A DNA stretch of 64,000 nucleotides from Candidatus Poribacteria bacterium. GTDB taxonomy: Bacteria; Poribacteria; WGA-4E; WGA-3G. Positions 31,074 to 40,580 of this stretch are shown in pieces. The notes below the pieces were generated by a model. The model made no database searches and was not told the DNA's origin. It saw only the letters and a program-made list of their open reading frames with translations. The stretch covers positions 3,776,001 through 3,840,000 of the forward strand of contig OZ242029.1 in assembly GCA_965205015.1 (NCBI GenBank). Direction: 5' to 3'. Every line of letters starts with the position of its first letter. The first letter of the stretch is position 1. The position numbers and the translations under genes are program-made.

Positions 31074-31841
31074 TTAGGCATCCTTAAAGTAGTCCAATAC
31101 AGTACTATGCAAGATCCCGTTCGTTGCTACGAGTGAATTCGTATCTGTTGTGATGGCTTGTCCCTGTATATCCGTCACTTTTCCACCTGCTTCCCTCACG
31201 ATAACAGTAATCGCCGCGATGTCCCAAATACTGATTGCCGCTTCAACGACGGCATCCGCTCTCGCAGACGCCACGAGATGATACATGTAGAAATCACCGA
31301 ACCCTCTGGTGCGTGCGGCGTCGTTGATAAAATCGTAAATCCCGGGAAAAGTGCCTTTTTCTACGAACCACTTCAGTCCGCCGTGGCAGACCATTGCGTC
31401 TTCGGGGTGTGTCACGCTGGAAACGGTTATCGGTTCGCCGTTCAAGAAAGCACCGCTTCCGGCTTCAGCATAGAGGATCTCATTCAAAAGTGGTGCATTG
31501 GAAACCCCAAGGATGAGTTCCTCACCTTTCATCAGGGCAATCTGTGTGCCGAAGATCGGGATTTTACGGATGTAATTTTTGGTGGCATCAATTGGATCGA
31601 TAATCCAGAGGTATGGTGAATCCCCTTCTTCAATACCATACTCTTCCCCTAAAAATCCGTGGTCTGGAAATGCCTGTTTGATAGTCTCACGGATCGCTTT
31701 TTCCGCGCCTCTATCGGCGAGCGTGACCGGCGTTTCATCGGCTTTCAGCTCAACCTTCATTGCGTCGCCGGTGTAGTAAGCGGTGATGATTTCTTCAGCG
31801 TTTTTCGCCGCTTCCAACGCGACGGTTAAAAATTGACTCAT
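31074..31841 (-). CDS. Inositol monophosphatase family protein, probable histidinol-phosphatase HisN
   Basis: KADETPVTLADR, GEE, WIIDPIDAT, RGFGDFY, WDIAA. Confidence 0.85.
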   Translation of the reverse strand: MSQFLTVALEAAKNAEEIITAYYTGDAMKVELKADETPVTLADRGAEKAIRETIKQAFPDHGFLGEEYGIEEGDSPYLWIIDPIDATKNYIRKIPIFGTQIALMKGEELILGVSNAPLLNEILYAEAGSGAFLNGEPITVSSVTHPEDAMVCHGGLKWFVEKGTFPGIYDFINDAARTRGFGDFYMYHLVASARADAVVEAAISIWDIAAITVIVREAGGKVTDIQGQAITTDTNSLVATNGILHSTVLDYFKDA

Positions 31842-32092
31842 TTTAATTATTCCTTTCGGGTTTTTAATTTTTCCTTGCGGTTTGGTCAGGTAAATTTGAT
31901 AACTGAAGTGCCTTTACGTAGATCTAGGGGAAATCCGCAGAAATACCCAAGCAATACGTAGAAATCCGCAGAAATACCCAAGCAAAGACACCAAGCAAAA
32001 ACCCCTCCGCTACGCTTACGGGCTACGCGTTTAGGTTTAACGAACACCTCTTTACCGACTGCTGATAGGTGACGGCTGATTGCCGGCTGCCA
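31842..32092. repeat. Composite leader repeat with two tandem motif copies, a 10-11-mer minisatellite and a heptamer arm
   Basis: ccgcaaggaaaaattaaaaa and ccgaaaggaataattaaa on -; aaatccgcagaaatacccaagcaaagacaccaagcaaaaacccc shared with ~58740-58808; ccctccgctacgcttacgggcta shared with ~21760. Confidence 0.88.
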
Positions 32093-32096
32093 TATT

Positions 32097-33914
32097 CTAA
32101 CGGAGTGAAATTGCGGGACAATAAATTCTTTTCCATTCACGATGCCACCACGCGCCTTCCGAACGTTTTGTTGCGAGATCCGTAAAGCGATACTCGTAAA
32201 GGGTTGCACGGATATAGCGCGGGGGTTTATCCGGGAACGGATCCTCTGCCAACAATTGTAGCACCTCAGGCTTGCCTTGTAGTAATGCTCCCATGAAATT
32301 GAGGAACCACGGCGTCCTTTGATAACTGCCTTGGAGGGCGGCAAACCACATCTGCCAATCGAGTCGTGGCTGGTGTGGGGCAACCCATTTTGGGGCAACA
32401 GTCAGATCCCCCGGTTTCCATCGAAATTGGTAAGTTTCCCATGTGATCCGATCGTTGCTGCCTTCAACGATAATTTCCGGACGCGATTCCGTCATATCTG
32501 CAAAGAGTCCGTAGGTATTCACGCTCCGAAAGGGCGCGATCCAAGCGACATCTGGAAACTTTATCTCTCTGAAGAGTTGTCCACCGAATCGGATGCCGCT
32601 CAGTAGAAAGAGGAGCGTTGCCAGGACCGCTATGCCGATGCGTCTATTATATCGGTGGAGAGGTTGCTCGACAAGGTGGATAGGCGGCATAAACCGTTTC
32701 GGGAGCAAATATTTCCACGTCACATCGTCAATCAGCAGGAGACATAGTGCAATTGTCAGCAGATTGAAAAAACAGTAGTTACCTGTTAGAATGATCAGTA
32801 CTTGTAGACCGACGAACCCGATACATCCGGCAGTCCGTACGCGTCGCGGTGCGAAGATCAGGAAGGGAACGACCAACTCAGCCGCGAACATACCAATCAC
32901 AGAGGCTTTCTGGAACCATTCCGGCAACTGATGCACATACCATCCGAGCCTTGTCGGTAACGGCTGTGTCTCATAGTGGAAGTTGAGGGCAGTAAGGTTT
33001 CGCCACACCTCGTCACTGGCGAGTTTAACAAACCCGGAGGCAAACATCAACCTGAATAGGAGCCAACGGAGAAGCCATAAAAATGCCGTTGAGGGTTGGG
33101 ACGCCCGTGTGAACCTTTCCCGGAGTTGCAGCGGCGCGAAAAAGATTGCCAAAAATCCTGCCTCTAAGAGCAGGACATCCCACTGGAAACTCAGAAAAAC
33201 TTGTCCCACTGACACAAGCGACAGATAAAACGTCCACAAACCGACTAAGGCGAATGGTGGAACGAAGCCTGCGATTAAGACGAGAGACAGAAGCACACCA
33301 CCAGCACACAAGAAATTGAGGCAGGTATCCGAGGCATTCAACCAGAAGAGTGTCGGAACGAGGTAGTAGCCTTCCGTTCCGATTTGCTCACGGACAGCCT
33401 CCAGATACTGTTCTGCAGGCAAAATCCCATCGCTCCCAACGAGTCCGTGAATCTGTACCCACAGGGACAAAAAAGCGATGAGGTAGATACAACCGAGTCC
33501 GCGCAGGAACAGCCATCTCGAAAAACAGAACGCGGTTCTCTCGGTGTGTGTCCCCCATACCCCTCTTGTCATCGCAGAGAAGAAGGGACGATGCTGCGCA
33601 ATGAAACGGTAAATGCCTTCAGACAGGCTCGCGAACCCCGGCAAATGGTAGTAACACCAAAGAAACAGACCGTTGTCCAGGGCGCGCAGGACAGCCGCTG
33701 CCCCGCTCAAAACCGTCCCGTTCTGAAGTATTAACTGAACTGAGTTCTCAAACGCTGAAAGCGGTATCTCTGGGAATTGTGTTGCCACCGCTTGATAGGG
33801 GGCATAGTCAACGCGATCACCAGTGACGTGTTGCCACTGCGCAATCCAGTATCGGCAAAAGTCGCAGGCGTTATCGTAAACAAGGAGCGGTTTGTTGCTT
33901 TGTGAGTGCATCAA
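32097..33914 (-). CDS. Lipase maturation factor (LMF1) family membrane protein with an N-terminal DCC thiol-disulfide domain
   Basis: YDNACDFC (DxxCxxC); FLSFQWDVLLLEAGFL, HYETQPLP, PHQPRLDWQMWFAAL; start at TTG 33914 or ATG 33911. Confidence 0.92.
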   Translation of the reverse strand: MMHSQSNKPLLVYDNACDFCRYWIAQWQHVTGDRVDYAPYQAVATQFPEIPLSAFENSVQLILQNGTVLSGAAAVLRALDNGLFLWCYYHLPGFASLSEGIYRFIAQHRPFFSAMTRGVWGTHTERTAFCFSRWLFLRGLGCIYLIAFLSLWVQIHGLVGSDGILPAEQYLEAVREQIGTEGYYLVPTLFWLNASDTCLNFLCAGGVLLSLVLIAGFVPPFALVGLWTFYLSLVSVGQVFLSFQWDVLLLEAGFLAIFFAPLQLRERFTRASQPSTAFLWLLRWLLFRLMFASGFVKLASDEVWRNLTALNFHYETQPLPTRLGWYVHQLPEWFQKASVIGMFAAELVVPFLIFAPRRVRTAGCIGFVGLQVLIILTGNYCFFNLLTIALCLLLIDDVTWKYLLPKRFMPPIHLVEQPLHRYNRRIGIAVLATLLFLLSGIRFGGQLFREIKFPDVAWIAPFRSVNTYGLFADMTESRPEIIVEGSNDRITWETYQFRWKPGDLTVAPKWVAPHQPRLDWQMWFAALQGSYQRTPWFLNFMGALLQGKPEVLQLLAEDPFPDKPPRYIRATLYEYRFTDLATKRSEGAWWHREWKRIYCPAISLR

Positions 33915-33918
33915 AGGA

Positions 33919-34005
33919 TTTTAATTTTTCCTTGCGGATAAGTAACGTCCTTATGAATTTTGACGTTTTTTGCTTTCGAGTCGCCTACGCCGTTGTTGCA
34001 GGCTT
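33919..34005 (-). repeat. Composite leader repeat upstream of the LMF1 gene
   Basis: On -: agcctgcaacaacggcg...acgtcaaaa...ccgcaaggaaaaattaaaa. Confidence 0.75.
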
Positions 34006-34058
34006 GTGGTCCGGCGTTGTGGAGTCATTGGGTGAGTTTCATGGTTACACGGGGAGGA

Positions 34059-35288
34059 TTAGCGCCATGCGTGGTGAATTTTGGCGATGGCTTCCGCAAT
34101 CTGATCCATATTTGTTTCTGAGCTGAGGAAGAGATTCTGGAAAAGCCATACGCTCTGCTCACAGACAGATGCGGCGTTTGGGCACGGCAATGATCGGATA
34201 AGGTGCGGGTATTTCTTCGCGACGTGCGCCATTCCGGGTTCTTGCGAGAGTGGGGAGCGGTAACCGATGGAACACGGGATGCCTTCGGCAGACAGCGCGT
34301 CCACAAATTCCTGTCGCGATTTACCTCCAAATCCTTGGGAATCATATTTCAAGCAGTAGAGATGATACCCGTGTTTGGTCACCCATGGGGCAAGTTTCGG
34401 GGGTGTGATACCCTCAATCGCTTTCAAAGCGTTGGAGAGATAGGTTGCGTTTCGATTGCGACGATCGGTTTGTGCCTCTAACAGTTCCAATCGGACGAGT
34501 AATATTGCAGCGAGATACTCTGAGGGACGGTAGTTCCATCCGAGTCGGGGATATTCCCATCTCGCGCCCCCTGGTGCGCGTCCGACATTCATGAAAGCAC
34601 AGACTCTGTCATGAATATCTTTGTCGTTTGTGGTAACCATCCCGCCTTCACCGGACGTCAGATTCTTTGACGCTTGGAAACTAAACGCGCCGACATTGCT
34701 GAGGGACCCCACCTTTTTCGTCTGATACTCCGCCCCGTGCGCCTGTGCGCAGTCCTCAATGATTGCGAGGTTATGGCGTTGGGCAATTTCTCGTAGTGCC
34801 CCCATATCTGCTGGATGTCCACCGAGGTGGACGGGTAGAATTGCTCGCGTTTCTGAACCAATAGCCGCCTCTACCGCTTTCGGATCAATCGTGAAGGTCT
34901 CGGGTGAAATGTCTACGAACACCACGGTGCATCGGCGTTCTAACACTGCGCTTGCGGTTGCGACGAAGGTATAATTCGGCACGATAACCTCGCCGCCATC
35001 GCTAAATCCATCGAGATCCAGCGCGCCCGCTAAAGCGGCACTGATTGAATCCGTCCCATGCGGCATAAAGAGGGCGTAATTTGTTCCAGAATACTGGGCA
35101 TATTGTTCACCCAAACGCTCAATCATTGTGCCGCCGGAGCCTTCATTCGCACTCAAGTATACTTCGCGGAGCAGGGGCTCAACTTTCGATTCCCACTCTT
35201 CAGTCGTGGTCAGCGGCCATGCAGACCACGGTTCGCTTTCTGTATTTCGTACAGGAGTGCCGCCTGAAATCGCTAATAGGTTGGACAT
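34059..35288 (-). CDS. DegT/DnrJ/EryC1/StrS PLP aminotransferase
   Basis: YTFVATA, PVHLGG, EDCAQAHG, FSFQASKNLTSGEGG, GWNYR. Confidence 0.93.
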   Translation of the reverse strand: MSNLLAISGGTPVRNTESEPWSAWPLTTTEEWESKVEPLLREVYLSANEGSGGTMIERLGEQYAQYSGTNYALFMPHGTDSISAALAGALDLDGFSDGGEVIVPNYTFVATASAVLERRCTVVFVDISPETFTIDPKAVEAAIGSETRAILPVHLGGHPADMGALREIAQRHNLAIIEDCAQAHGAEYQTKKVGSLSNVGAFSFQASKNLTSGEGGMVTTNDKDIHDRVCAFMNVGRAPGGARWEYPRLGWNYRPSEYLAAILLVRLELLEAQTDRRNRNATYLSNALKAIEGITPPKLAPWVTKHGYHLYCLKYDSQGFGGKSRQEFVDALSAEGIPCSIGYRSPLSQEPGMAHVAKKYPHLIRSLPCPNAASVCEQSVWLFQNLFLSSETNMDQIAEAIAKIHHAWR

Positions 35289-35289
35289 G

Positions 35290-35323
35290 TTTTCTAATTT
35301 TCCTTGCGGTTAAATAACGTGCG
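35290..35323 (-). repeat. Short copy of the leader repeat upstream of the DegT gene
   Basis: cgcacgttatttaaccgcaaggaaaattagaaaa-c-ATG, nearly identical to the cstA copy cgcacgttgtttaaccgcaagg. Confidence 0.85.
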
Positions 35324-36073
35324 TTAGAACTCTTGCATGCGTTTCTTAAACCCGCTTTGTCTGTTTCGGTGGGTGGGACTTCCCTCTTCATCCACATACA
35401 CAACTTCCCAACCCGCTGGTGGAATGCCGGTATTCAAGAGATCAAGTTCCTGTCTTTCAGAAAGTTCAGGACCCTCAGTTAAGATCTGCTCTCCGTTCCG
35501 CGATTTCGTTATGGCGCGTGCCGTATGCCAGATCTGTGCTGTTGATTCAGTTTTTAGGACGTAGATTCTTCCCGGAATTTGGGGCAACGCGTTTTCACCT
35601 ATCATAAAATAGCTTTCCACTTCTGGGTTGGCTCGGTTCGCTTCAGTGATGTGCTCCGCCTCTTGGATTAGGGCGTTAATATAACTCGCTTTAACAATTT
35701 TCCAGTCATTTCCGGTATAAAATTCTTCCAAGATTAGATCCGATCGCATATCAAGATATTCACTGTAGGTTTTGAAATTCTCTATCGTTATACCTCTATC
35801 GAGGAGCATCTGAAGCCATTCTTCACGTGGATATTTGGTGTCCATATCCGCCAATGTGAAAGCGATATGGCGTTTCTCGCCATGAAATATCTCCGCAGTA
35901 GTGGTCTTCTCATGAGAACTATACCTATCATCAAACGCCTCCATGAGTGCTCCAACGGTTTGGGGTCCCGTGTATCGCTCTGTTTTCGCTTTCGAATCTA
36001 ACTTTAAGTAACACCCAACAAAGATAATTCCGAGGATGAGCAAGAATAGAAAAATTCGCATAATATGTCTCAT
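35324..36073 (-). CDS. Hypothetical membrane-anchored/lipoprotein
   Basis: N-terminal hydrophobic segment ending FVGC; SD aggag; no family recognised. Confidence 0.7.
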   Translation of the reverse strand: MRHIMRIFLFLLILGIIFVGCYLKLDSKAKTERYTGPQTVGALMEAFDDRYSSHEKTTTAEIFHGEKRHIAFTLADMDTKYPREEWLQMLLDRGITIENFKTYSEYLDMRSDLILEEFYTGNDWKIVKASYINALIQEAEHITEANRANPEVESYFMIGENALPQIPGRIYVLKTESTAQIWHTARAITKSRNGEQILTEGPELSERQELDLLNTGIPPAGWEVVYVDEEGSPTHRNRQSGFKKRMQEF

Positions 36074-36155
36074 GACTTTCTCTCCTATAGTATTTGTGGA
36101 TTTTCTACAGAATATACACTATTCGCGGAAAAATTACAAGAAAAAAATAGTATAT

Positions 36156-36184
36156 TTGACAATTGGGTGATGACTGTATACAAT
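36156..36184 (+). promoter_or_regulatory. Sigma70-like promoter
   Basis: TTGACA-17 nt-TACAAT. Confidence 0.65.
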
Positions 36185-36228
36185 TAACAGAAATTAACTT
36201 TTAAAATTGACTAAAAAGGAGTCAAAAA

Positions 36229-37197
36229 TTGAGAAATTTTCTGTTAATACTACTTGTTATAGGACTCGCTGCGCTCGGCATTACCGGTTGTGACAGACCT
36301 ATGGCGAAACCGATGATGGATGCGGTTACACCGACTGATATGCCGACAAAGGACGCTCCAGAAGCGTTTGCAATGGCGTTGGTTCAAGGTGCGATCGATC
36401 TTTACAAGACAGAGGGTCGCGAGGCGATGATAGCCTACCACAACAGTCCTGAAAGTATTGATGGACAGTGGTATGTGTTTATTACAGATGAAAACAATAT
36501 CTATCTCGCGCATCCAGTGAAACCTGAATTCATCGGTAGAGATATAACACAGATTAGACAGATTCCTGGAATTGATGGAAGAGTTATCGGCGTGGAGATT
36601 GCGATGACGACAGAAGTGGGACGTTGGACCGAGTATCTGTGGCCTAATCCCGAAACGAACAAGTTGGAACAGAAGCGCACCTGGTCAATCCGACACGATG
36701 GGTATCTCTTTGCTGCCGGGTATTACGAACCGTGGGGTCCAGATCCCGCAACGCTTCCAGTGCTCTCGAAAGATGATCCGGAGGGATTTACGCGGTCTAT
36801 CGTATTGGCGGCAATTGCGCGCTATGAATTTGAAGGGGTCGCGGCTACGGCAGCATACTATAACGATCCGGCAAATATTGATGGACAGTGGTATGTGCTC
36901 ATTACTGACGAAAACGATATCTATGTCGCACACCCACTGAGACCTGACTTTATAGGGATGGATATTAAAGATATTCCCGGTCTTGACGGAACACCTATCG
37001 GGACGGAAATTGCCATGGCGACAGGGACAGGACTCTGGATTGAGTATTTGTGGCCCAACCCTGAAAGCGGCGAGGTAGCGTTGAAGCGAACCTGGGCAAT
37101 TCGGCACGATGGCTACCTCTTCGGGTCTGGATACTATGAACCAACATCTGAGGATGCTCCGACGATGGCTGAAGATGCTGCACCAGAAGTGAATTAA
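36229..37197 (+). CDS. Lipoprotein with two tandem Cache-like sensor domains
   Basis: Lipobox ITGC; duplicated IDGQWYV.ITDEN.IY.AHP...W.EYLWPNPE....KRTW.IRHDGYLF..GYYEP (420-bp period); TTG start with SD aaggag. Confidence 0.85.
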   Translation: MRNFLLILLVIGLAALGITGCDRPMAKPMMDAVTPTDMPTKDAPEAFAMALVQGAIDLYKTEGREAMIAYHNSPESIDGQWYVFITDENNIYLAHPVKPEFIGRDITQIRQIPGIDGRVIGVEIAMTTEVGRWTEYLWPNPETNKLEQKRTWSIRHDGYLFAAGYYEPWGPDPATLPVLSKDDPEGFTRSIVLAAIARYEFEGVAATAAYYNDPANIDGQWYVLITDENDIYVAHPLRPDFIGMDIKDIPGLDGTPIGTEIAMATGTGLWIEYLWPNPESGEVALKRTWAIRHDGYLFGSGYYEPTSEDAPTMAEDAAPEVN

Positions 37198-38270
37198 ATG
37201 GACCTGCGATTCGCCACCAATTGGCGAATCGTTTCCACCACTGTCTCTGTATCTCGGAGGCGGTTTTTCAATCCATTGGAGGTAAGAGCATTGGCAATGT
37301 GCGTTTCTAAGTCGTCGAGTCTGCATCGACTCACAATGGAATGCTCTTCCATATACCGATAGACTTCATATCGCTTCGGTAGCCTCGCCCTTTCTTCTGA
37401 CAGCATGAGAACGACGACTTTGCGTTCACTGCTTGCCGCCTCACACACCATTGAAAAACTGTCCGCAGTGACGATGAGCAGATCGCTTACGGCGAGGATG
37501 GCTTGGTAGGGATCTTCAAGTTCTGAGGGTGTCTCAGGGGTCATAAAGAGCGGGCACCCGTCGGTGTGTTTTAGGGTTGATACCAAATGTCCCGTTACAT
37601 CGGGGGGCGTTCGGCGGGAGGTCGTTACAAATATCTGCGCGTTCATTTTTTTTACAGTGGCTTTGCAAATCTTGCTAAGTCGTTCAGCATCCTCTATTGT
37701 AATAGTCTCATGCCGATCTGTCCCCCCGAGTAGGACACCAATCCGTGGACCGTCCGATAACTTCAGTTTATCCTTCAATTGTTTTCGTTTAGCATCCAGC
37801 GTGTCTGGTGAAATCGGGTTTGGCACGCCGATGGTTCGGCAAATGTTGTCCTTCCGCGATGTATTGCGCCAAGAGATCATTGGTAGGATTGCGAGGTCAA
37901 AATATCGGGTGCCTACCGGTGAGGGTCTACGACACGTAACCGTCTTAGCACCGAGCATTCTGCCGAGGAGTAGGTTCACCGCCGCCATAGATGAACCTGT
38001 TGAGAGGATAATATCGGCGGTTTGGAGCTGGGCGAGTGTGTTGTAAGATTCAGGGTTAAGACTCCACCGCAGAAGCGTGTGGCTCAGGGACATGGAAAGC
38101 GGCGCGCCGCCAAAAACAGACATAAAAACGCGTAGAAAGTTGTCGCGCCATTTGTGCCGAAACTGTATCTCAAGCCATGCCGTTCGGCATTCAGGCATTT
38201 TTTCGACAATGCCTAAGGATTGTTTGTAATGTCCCGGTTTCTTGTCGCTTAAGATAACAACGCTGATCAT
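37194..38270 (-). CDS. ELM1/GtrOC1-like putative glycosyltransferase
   Basis: LSDKKPGHYKQSLG, GVLLGG, TTSRRTP, DPY, VTADSFSMVCEA. Confidence 0.85.
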   Translation of the reverse strand: MISVVILSDKKPGHYKQSLGIVEKMPECRTAWLEIQFRHKWRDNFLRVFMSVFGGAPLSMSLSHTLLRWSLNPESYNTLAQLQTADIILSTGSSMAAVNLLLGRMLGAKTVTCRRPSPVGTRYFDLAILPMISWRNTSRKDNICRTIGVPNPISPDTLDAKRKQLKDKLKLSDGPRIGVLLGGTDRHETITIEDAERLSKICKATVKKMNAQIFVTTSRRTPPDVTGHLVSTLKHTDGCPLFMTPETPSELEDPYQAILAVSDLLIVTADSFSMVCEAASSERKVVVLMLSEERARLPKRYEVYRYMEEHSIVSRCRLDDLETHIANALTSNGLKNRLRDTETVVETIRQLVANRRSI

Positions 38271-39019
38271 TTTAATGTATATTCAATGAGTTCCGTTGTG
38301 CCGTGTTCGTCTTCGATTTTGATGACACCTACGTGCGGTGCAAACCATATCGTCTGATTCCCTTGAATCGTCTCATCTGTCGAAAAAAGCGTATGCGTGA
38401 TTTCGGTCTGGTGTTCTATCTGATATGTCTTTTCAAAGTTCCCAGCGGGCGTTTCCAGTGGACTTTCAGCAACGACTTCCGCTTTGACACTTATATGCGC
38501 TTCAAAAGGTATTTGGAGCAGGGTCAGGTTTTGCAAAATAATATTTCCGCTGACCTCTATGTTCAGGGCGTCCCACTGAAAATTGGGAACCAGTGGTATC
38601 TGGAAAAAAACGAGTTCAGGATGCGCGAACGGTTCTATTGCAACGGTCAATTCTAAACCGGCGAATTCGTCCTGCACTGCTTTTGGAATTTCGGTTTGAA
38701 GGTAGTCCGTTACCTTTTGACTGACCGTGAACATAACCTTGTTCGGTGTAACCCGATAGTATGTAGAATTCAGAAAATCGAGGTTGGTTCCCGCAAGTGG
38801 GGGTGTATCCTTGAAGATCCGATAGTCTTTTCCCTCAATATTTGCCTCACCACTCACTTCCCGTGTCCATTGGGACCCATCAGCATTTCTATACATCCAT
38901 CGGTTTCCAATAGCATCGGGAAAGTAGTTCGGCATCTGTTCCACTGGCGCAGGCGTTTCATCTGAACCGCATCCGAATAGAATAAAAGTAGCACACAGGA
39001 TTAGAAAAGTCGGTCGCAT
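38267..39019 (-). CDS. Hypothetical lipoprotein
   Basis: Lipobox LFGC; NYFP..GNRWMY; ETPAGNFEKT; WFAPHVGVIK. Confidence 0.75.
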   Translation of the reverse strand: MRPTFLILCATFILFGCGSDETPAPVEQMPNYFPDAIGNRWMYRNADGSQWTREVSGEANIEGKDYRIFKDTPPLAGTNLDFLNSTYYRVTPNKVMFTVSQKVTDYLQTEIPKAVQDEFAGLELTVAIEPFAHPELVFFQIPLVPNFQWDALNIEVSGNIILQNLTLLQIPFEAHISVKAEVVAESPLETPAGNFEKTYQIEHQTEITHTLFSTDETIQGNQTIWFAPHVGVIKIEDEHGTTELIEYTLK

Positions 39020-39100
39020 TTTATTCTTTCAGCATTCTCCTTCGTCTATACTCTAAAGATAGTATAACACATCGTCAAGAAAATTGACTATTCTATTCAT

Positions 39101-39250
39101 TAGGACTTACGCAGAGATGCGATAAATCGCATCTCTACAAACAGATATACCTCGCAAATGTATGTTTTTCAAAGGGAGTTCGGTTCGTAGTAGCACAATA
39201 GCGAAAGTCGCGTGTGGACTTGCGGGACAATGCGCATTGCGTAGGTCCTG
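39101..39250. mobile_element. 150-bp MITE-like element with 13-bp imperfect TIRs and a 5-bp flanking duplication
   Basis: taggacttacgca...tgcgtaggtcctg (11/13 complementary); TTCAT on both sides (39096-39100, 39251-39255); internal palindrome agagatgcgat-aa-atcgcatctct. Confidence 0.65.
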
Positions 39251-39278
39251 TTCATTTAACCGACTGCCGACCACTCTT

Positions 39279-39302
39279 GTAGGAGGGATCTCCGAATCCC
39301 GA
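39279..39302 (+). repeat. GTAG-type REP element
   Basis: gtaggagggatctccgaatcccga; inverted copy at 54682-54705 (23/24) and degenerate copy at 41889-41912 (19/24). Confidence 0.8.
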
Positions 39303-39373
39303 AGTATTTCTTGACAAATAGATTGAATGTGTTATGCTATTAAATATCTTGGATTCCAAGAAGGGAGATTTTC

Positions 39374-40273
39374 ATGCAAACTGTGACGAGAAACGTTTGT
39401 GACCCGGTTACAAAGCAGATATATGAAATACAACTGCCAGCACGCGCTGAGATAAAAAGAACTATTCCTCAGCTTGATTTTCCACCTGAAGGTTTCAAGT
39501 ATAGAGACGTGGCGGCTCTATTAGCAAAAAAGTTTCAACTCTCTGATGAACAGATAAATGCTAAATATAAGTCGCACGTGGAAGCGAATTCTACAGAAAC
39601 TGTTTGGCGGGACGTGCTGGTTTTCGATACTATCCGACAACTTTTTAAAGAAGGAAAATTAGAACAACCAAGAGGACGAGGTAAACCTTATGTGCTCGCT
39701 AAGAATATACCTCTAACACCCCGCAAAGCTGATTTAAATTCTGACCTCGGTCCTGTTCCCGAAAAATCCATTGAAGAAAATTATCAGCAAATCAGAAAAG
39801 AATTAGCAGCAGAACTGCTACAAAAGATAAGGGATAACACCCCTGCTTTTTTTGAAGAATTAGTCATTGATCTACTTGTGGCAATGGGCTACGGAGGTTC
39901 GCGCGAAGATGCCCAAACCGTAGGGCGTAGTGGAGATGGTGGAATTGACGGCATTATTAAGGCGGATCCACTCGGCCTTAATGTGGTTTATGTTCAAGCA
40001 AAAAGGTGGAAAGACAACGTTGGTGAACCACCACTCCGAGATTTTGTAGGGGCATTAGATGGGAAAGGGGTCCAAGAAGGGATTTTCATTACCACTTCGG
40101 ATTTTAATCCAGCTGCTAAAAATTTTACGGAAAGAAGTTCCAAGAGAGTTATTCTTATCAATGGAAACCAACTTGCCCAATTTATGATTGACCACAACGT
40201 TGGCGTTTCCGTAGAGAAAACCTACGAAATCAAACGCGTAGATTCTGATTATTTTGCTGAAGGCACTACGTAA
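39374..40273 (+). CDS. mrr: Mrr-family type IV restriction endonuclease
   Basis: FFEELVIDLLVAMGYGGS, GDGGIDG, YVQAKRW, GIFITTSDF, LINGNQL. Confidence 0.92.
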   Translation: MQTVTRNVCDPVTKQIYEIQLPARAEIKRTIPQLDFPPEGFKYRDVAALLAKKFQLSDEQINAKYKSHVEANSTETVWRDVLVFDTIRQLFKEGKLEQPRGRGKPYVLAKNIPLTPRKADLNSDLGPVPEKSIEENYQQIRKELAAELLQKIRDNTPAFFEELVIDLLVAMGYGGSREDAQTVGRSGDGGIDGIIKADPLGLNVVYVQAKRWKDNVGEPPLRDFVGALDGKGVQEGIFITTSDFNPAAKNFTERSSKRVILINGNQLAQFMIDHNVGVSVEKTYEIKRVDSDYFAEGTT

Positions 40274-40307
40274 TATACGGTGCGCATTACGGAGGAAAGA
40301 ACACATC

Positions 40308-40547
40308 ATGCAAGGTCGAATTCCACATACATTAGCAGAACGAATTGTCTGTGATGAAAATATCCTCACAGGGAAGCCTGTTATTAAAGGCACCCGATTA
40401 GCCGTTGAATTCATCATTGATTTGCTGGCACATGGCTGGAGCGAGACAGAGATTCTTGAAAATTATCCTCACATTGTGCAAGAGGACATCCGTGCATGTC
40501 TGTTATTTGAATCGGAAGTATCAGGAAGGCAGATAGATAATCTCTGA
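40308..40547 (+). CDS. DUF433 domain protein (putative antitoxin)
   Basis: ILTGKPVIKGTRLAVEFI...EILENYPHI..EDIRACL; ATG 40308 after SD ggagg. Confidence 0.85.
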   Translation: MQGRIPHTLAERIVCDENILTGKPVIKGTRLAVEFIIDLLAHGWSETEILENYPHIVQEDIRACLLFESEVSGRQIDNL

Positions 40548-40580
40548 CTCTCCTTTTTATTCCATCTGCCCGCTACTTTA

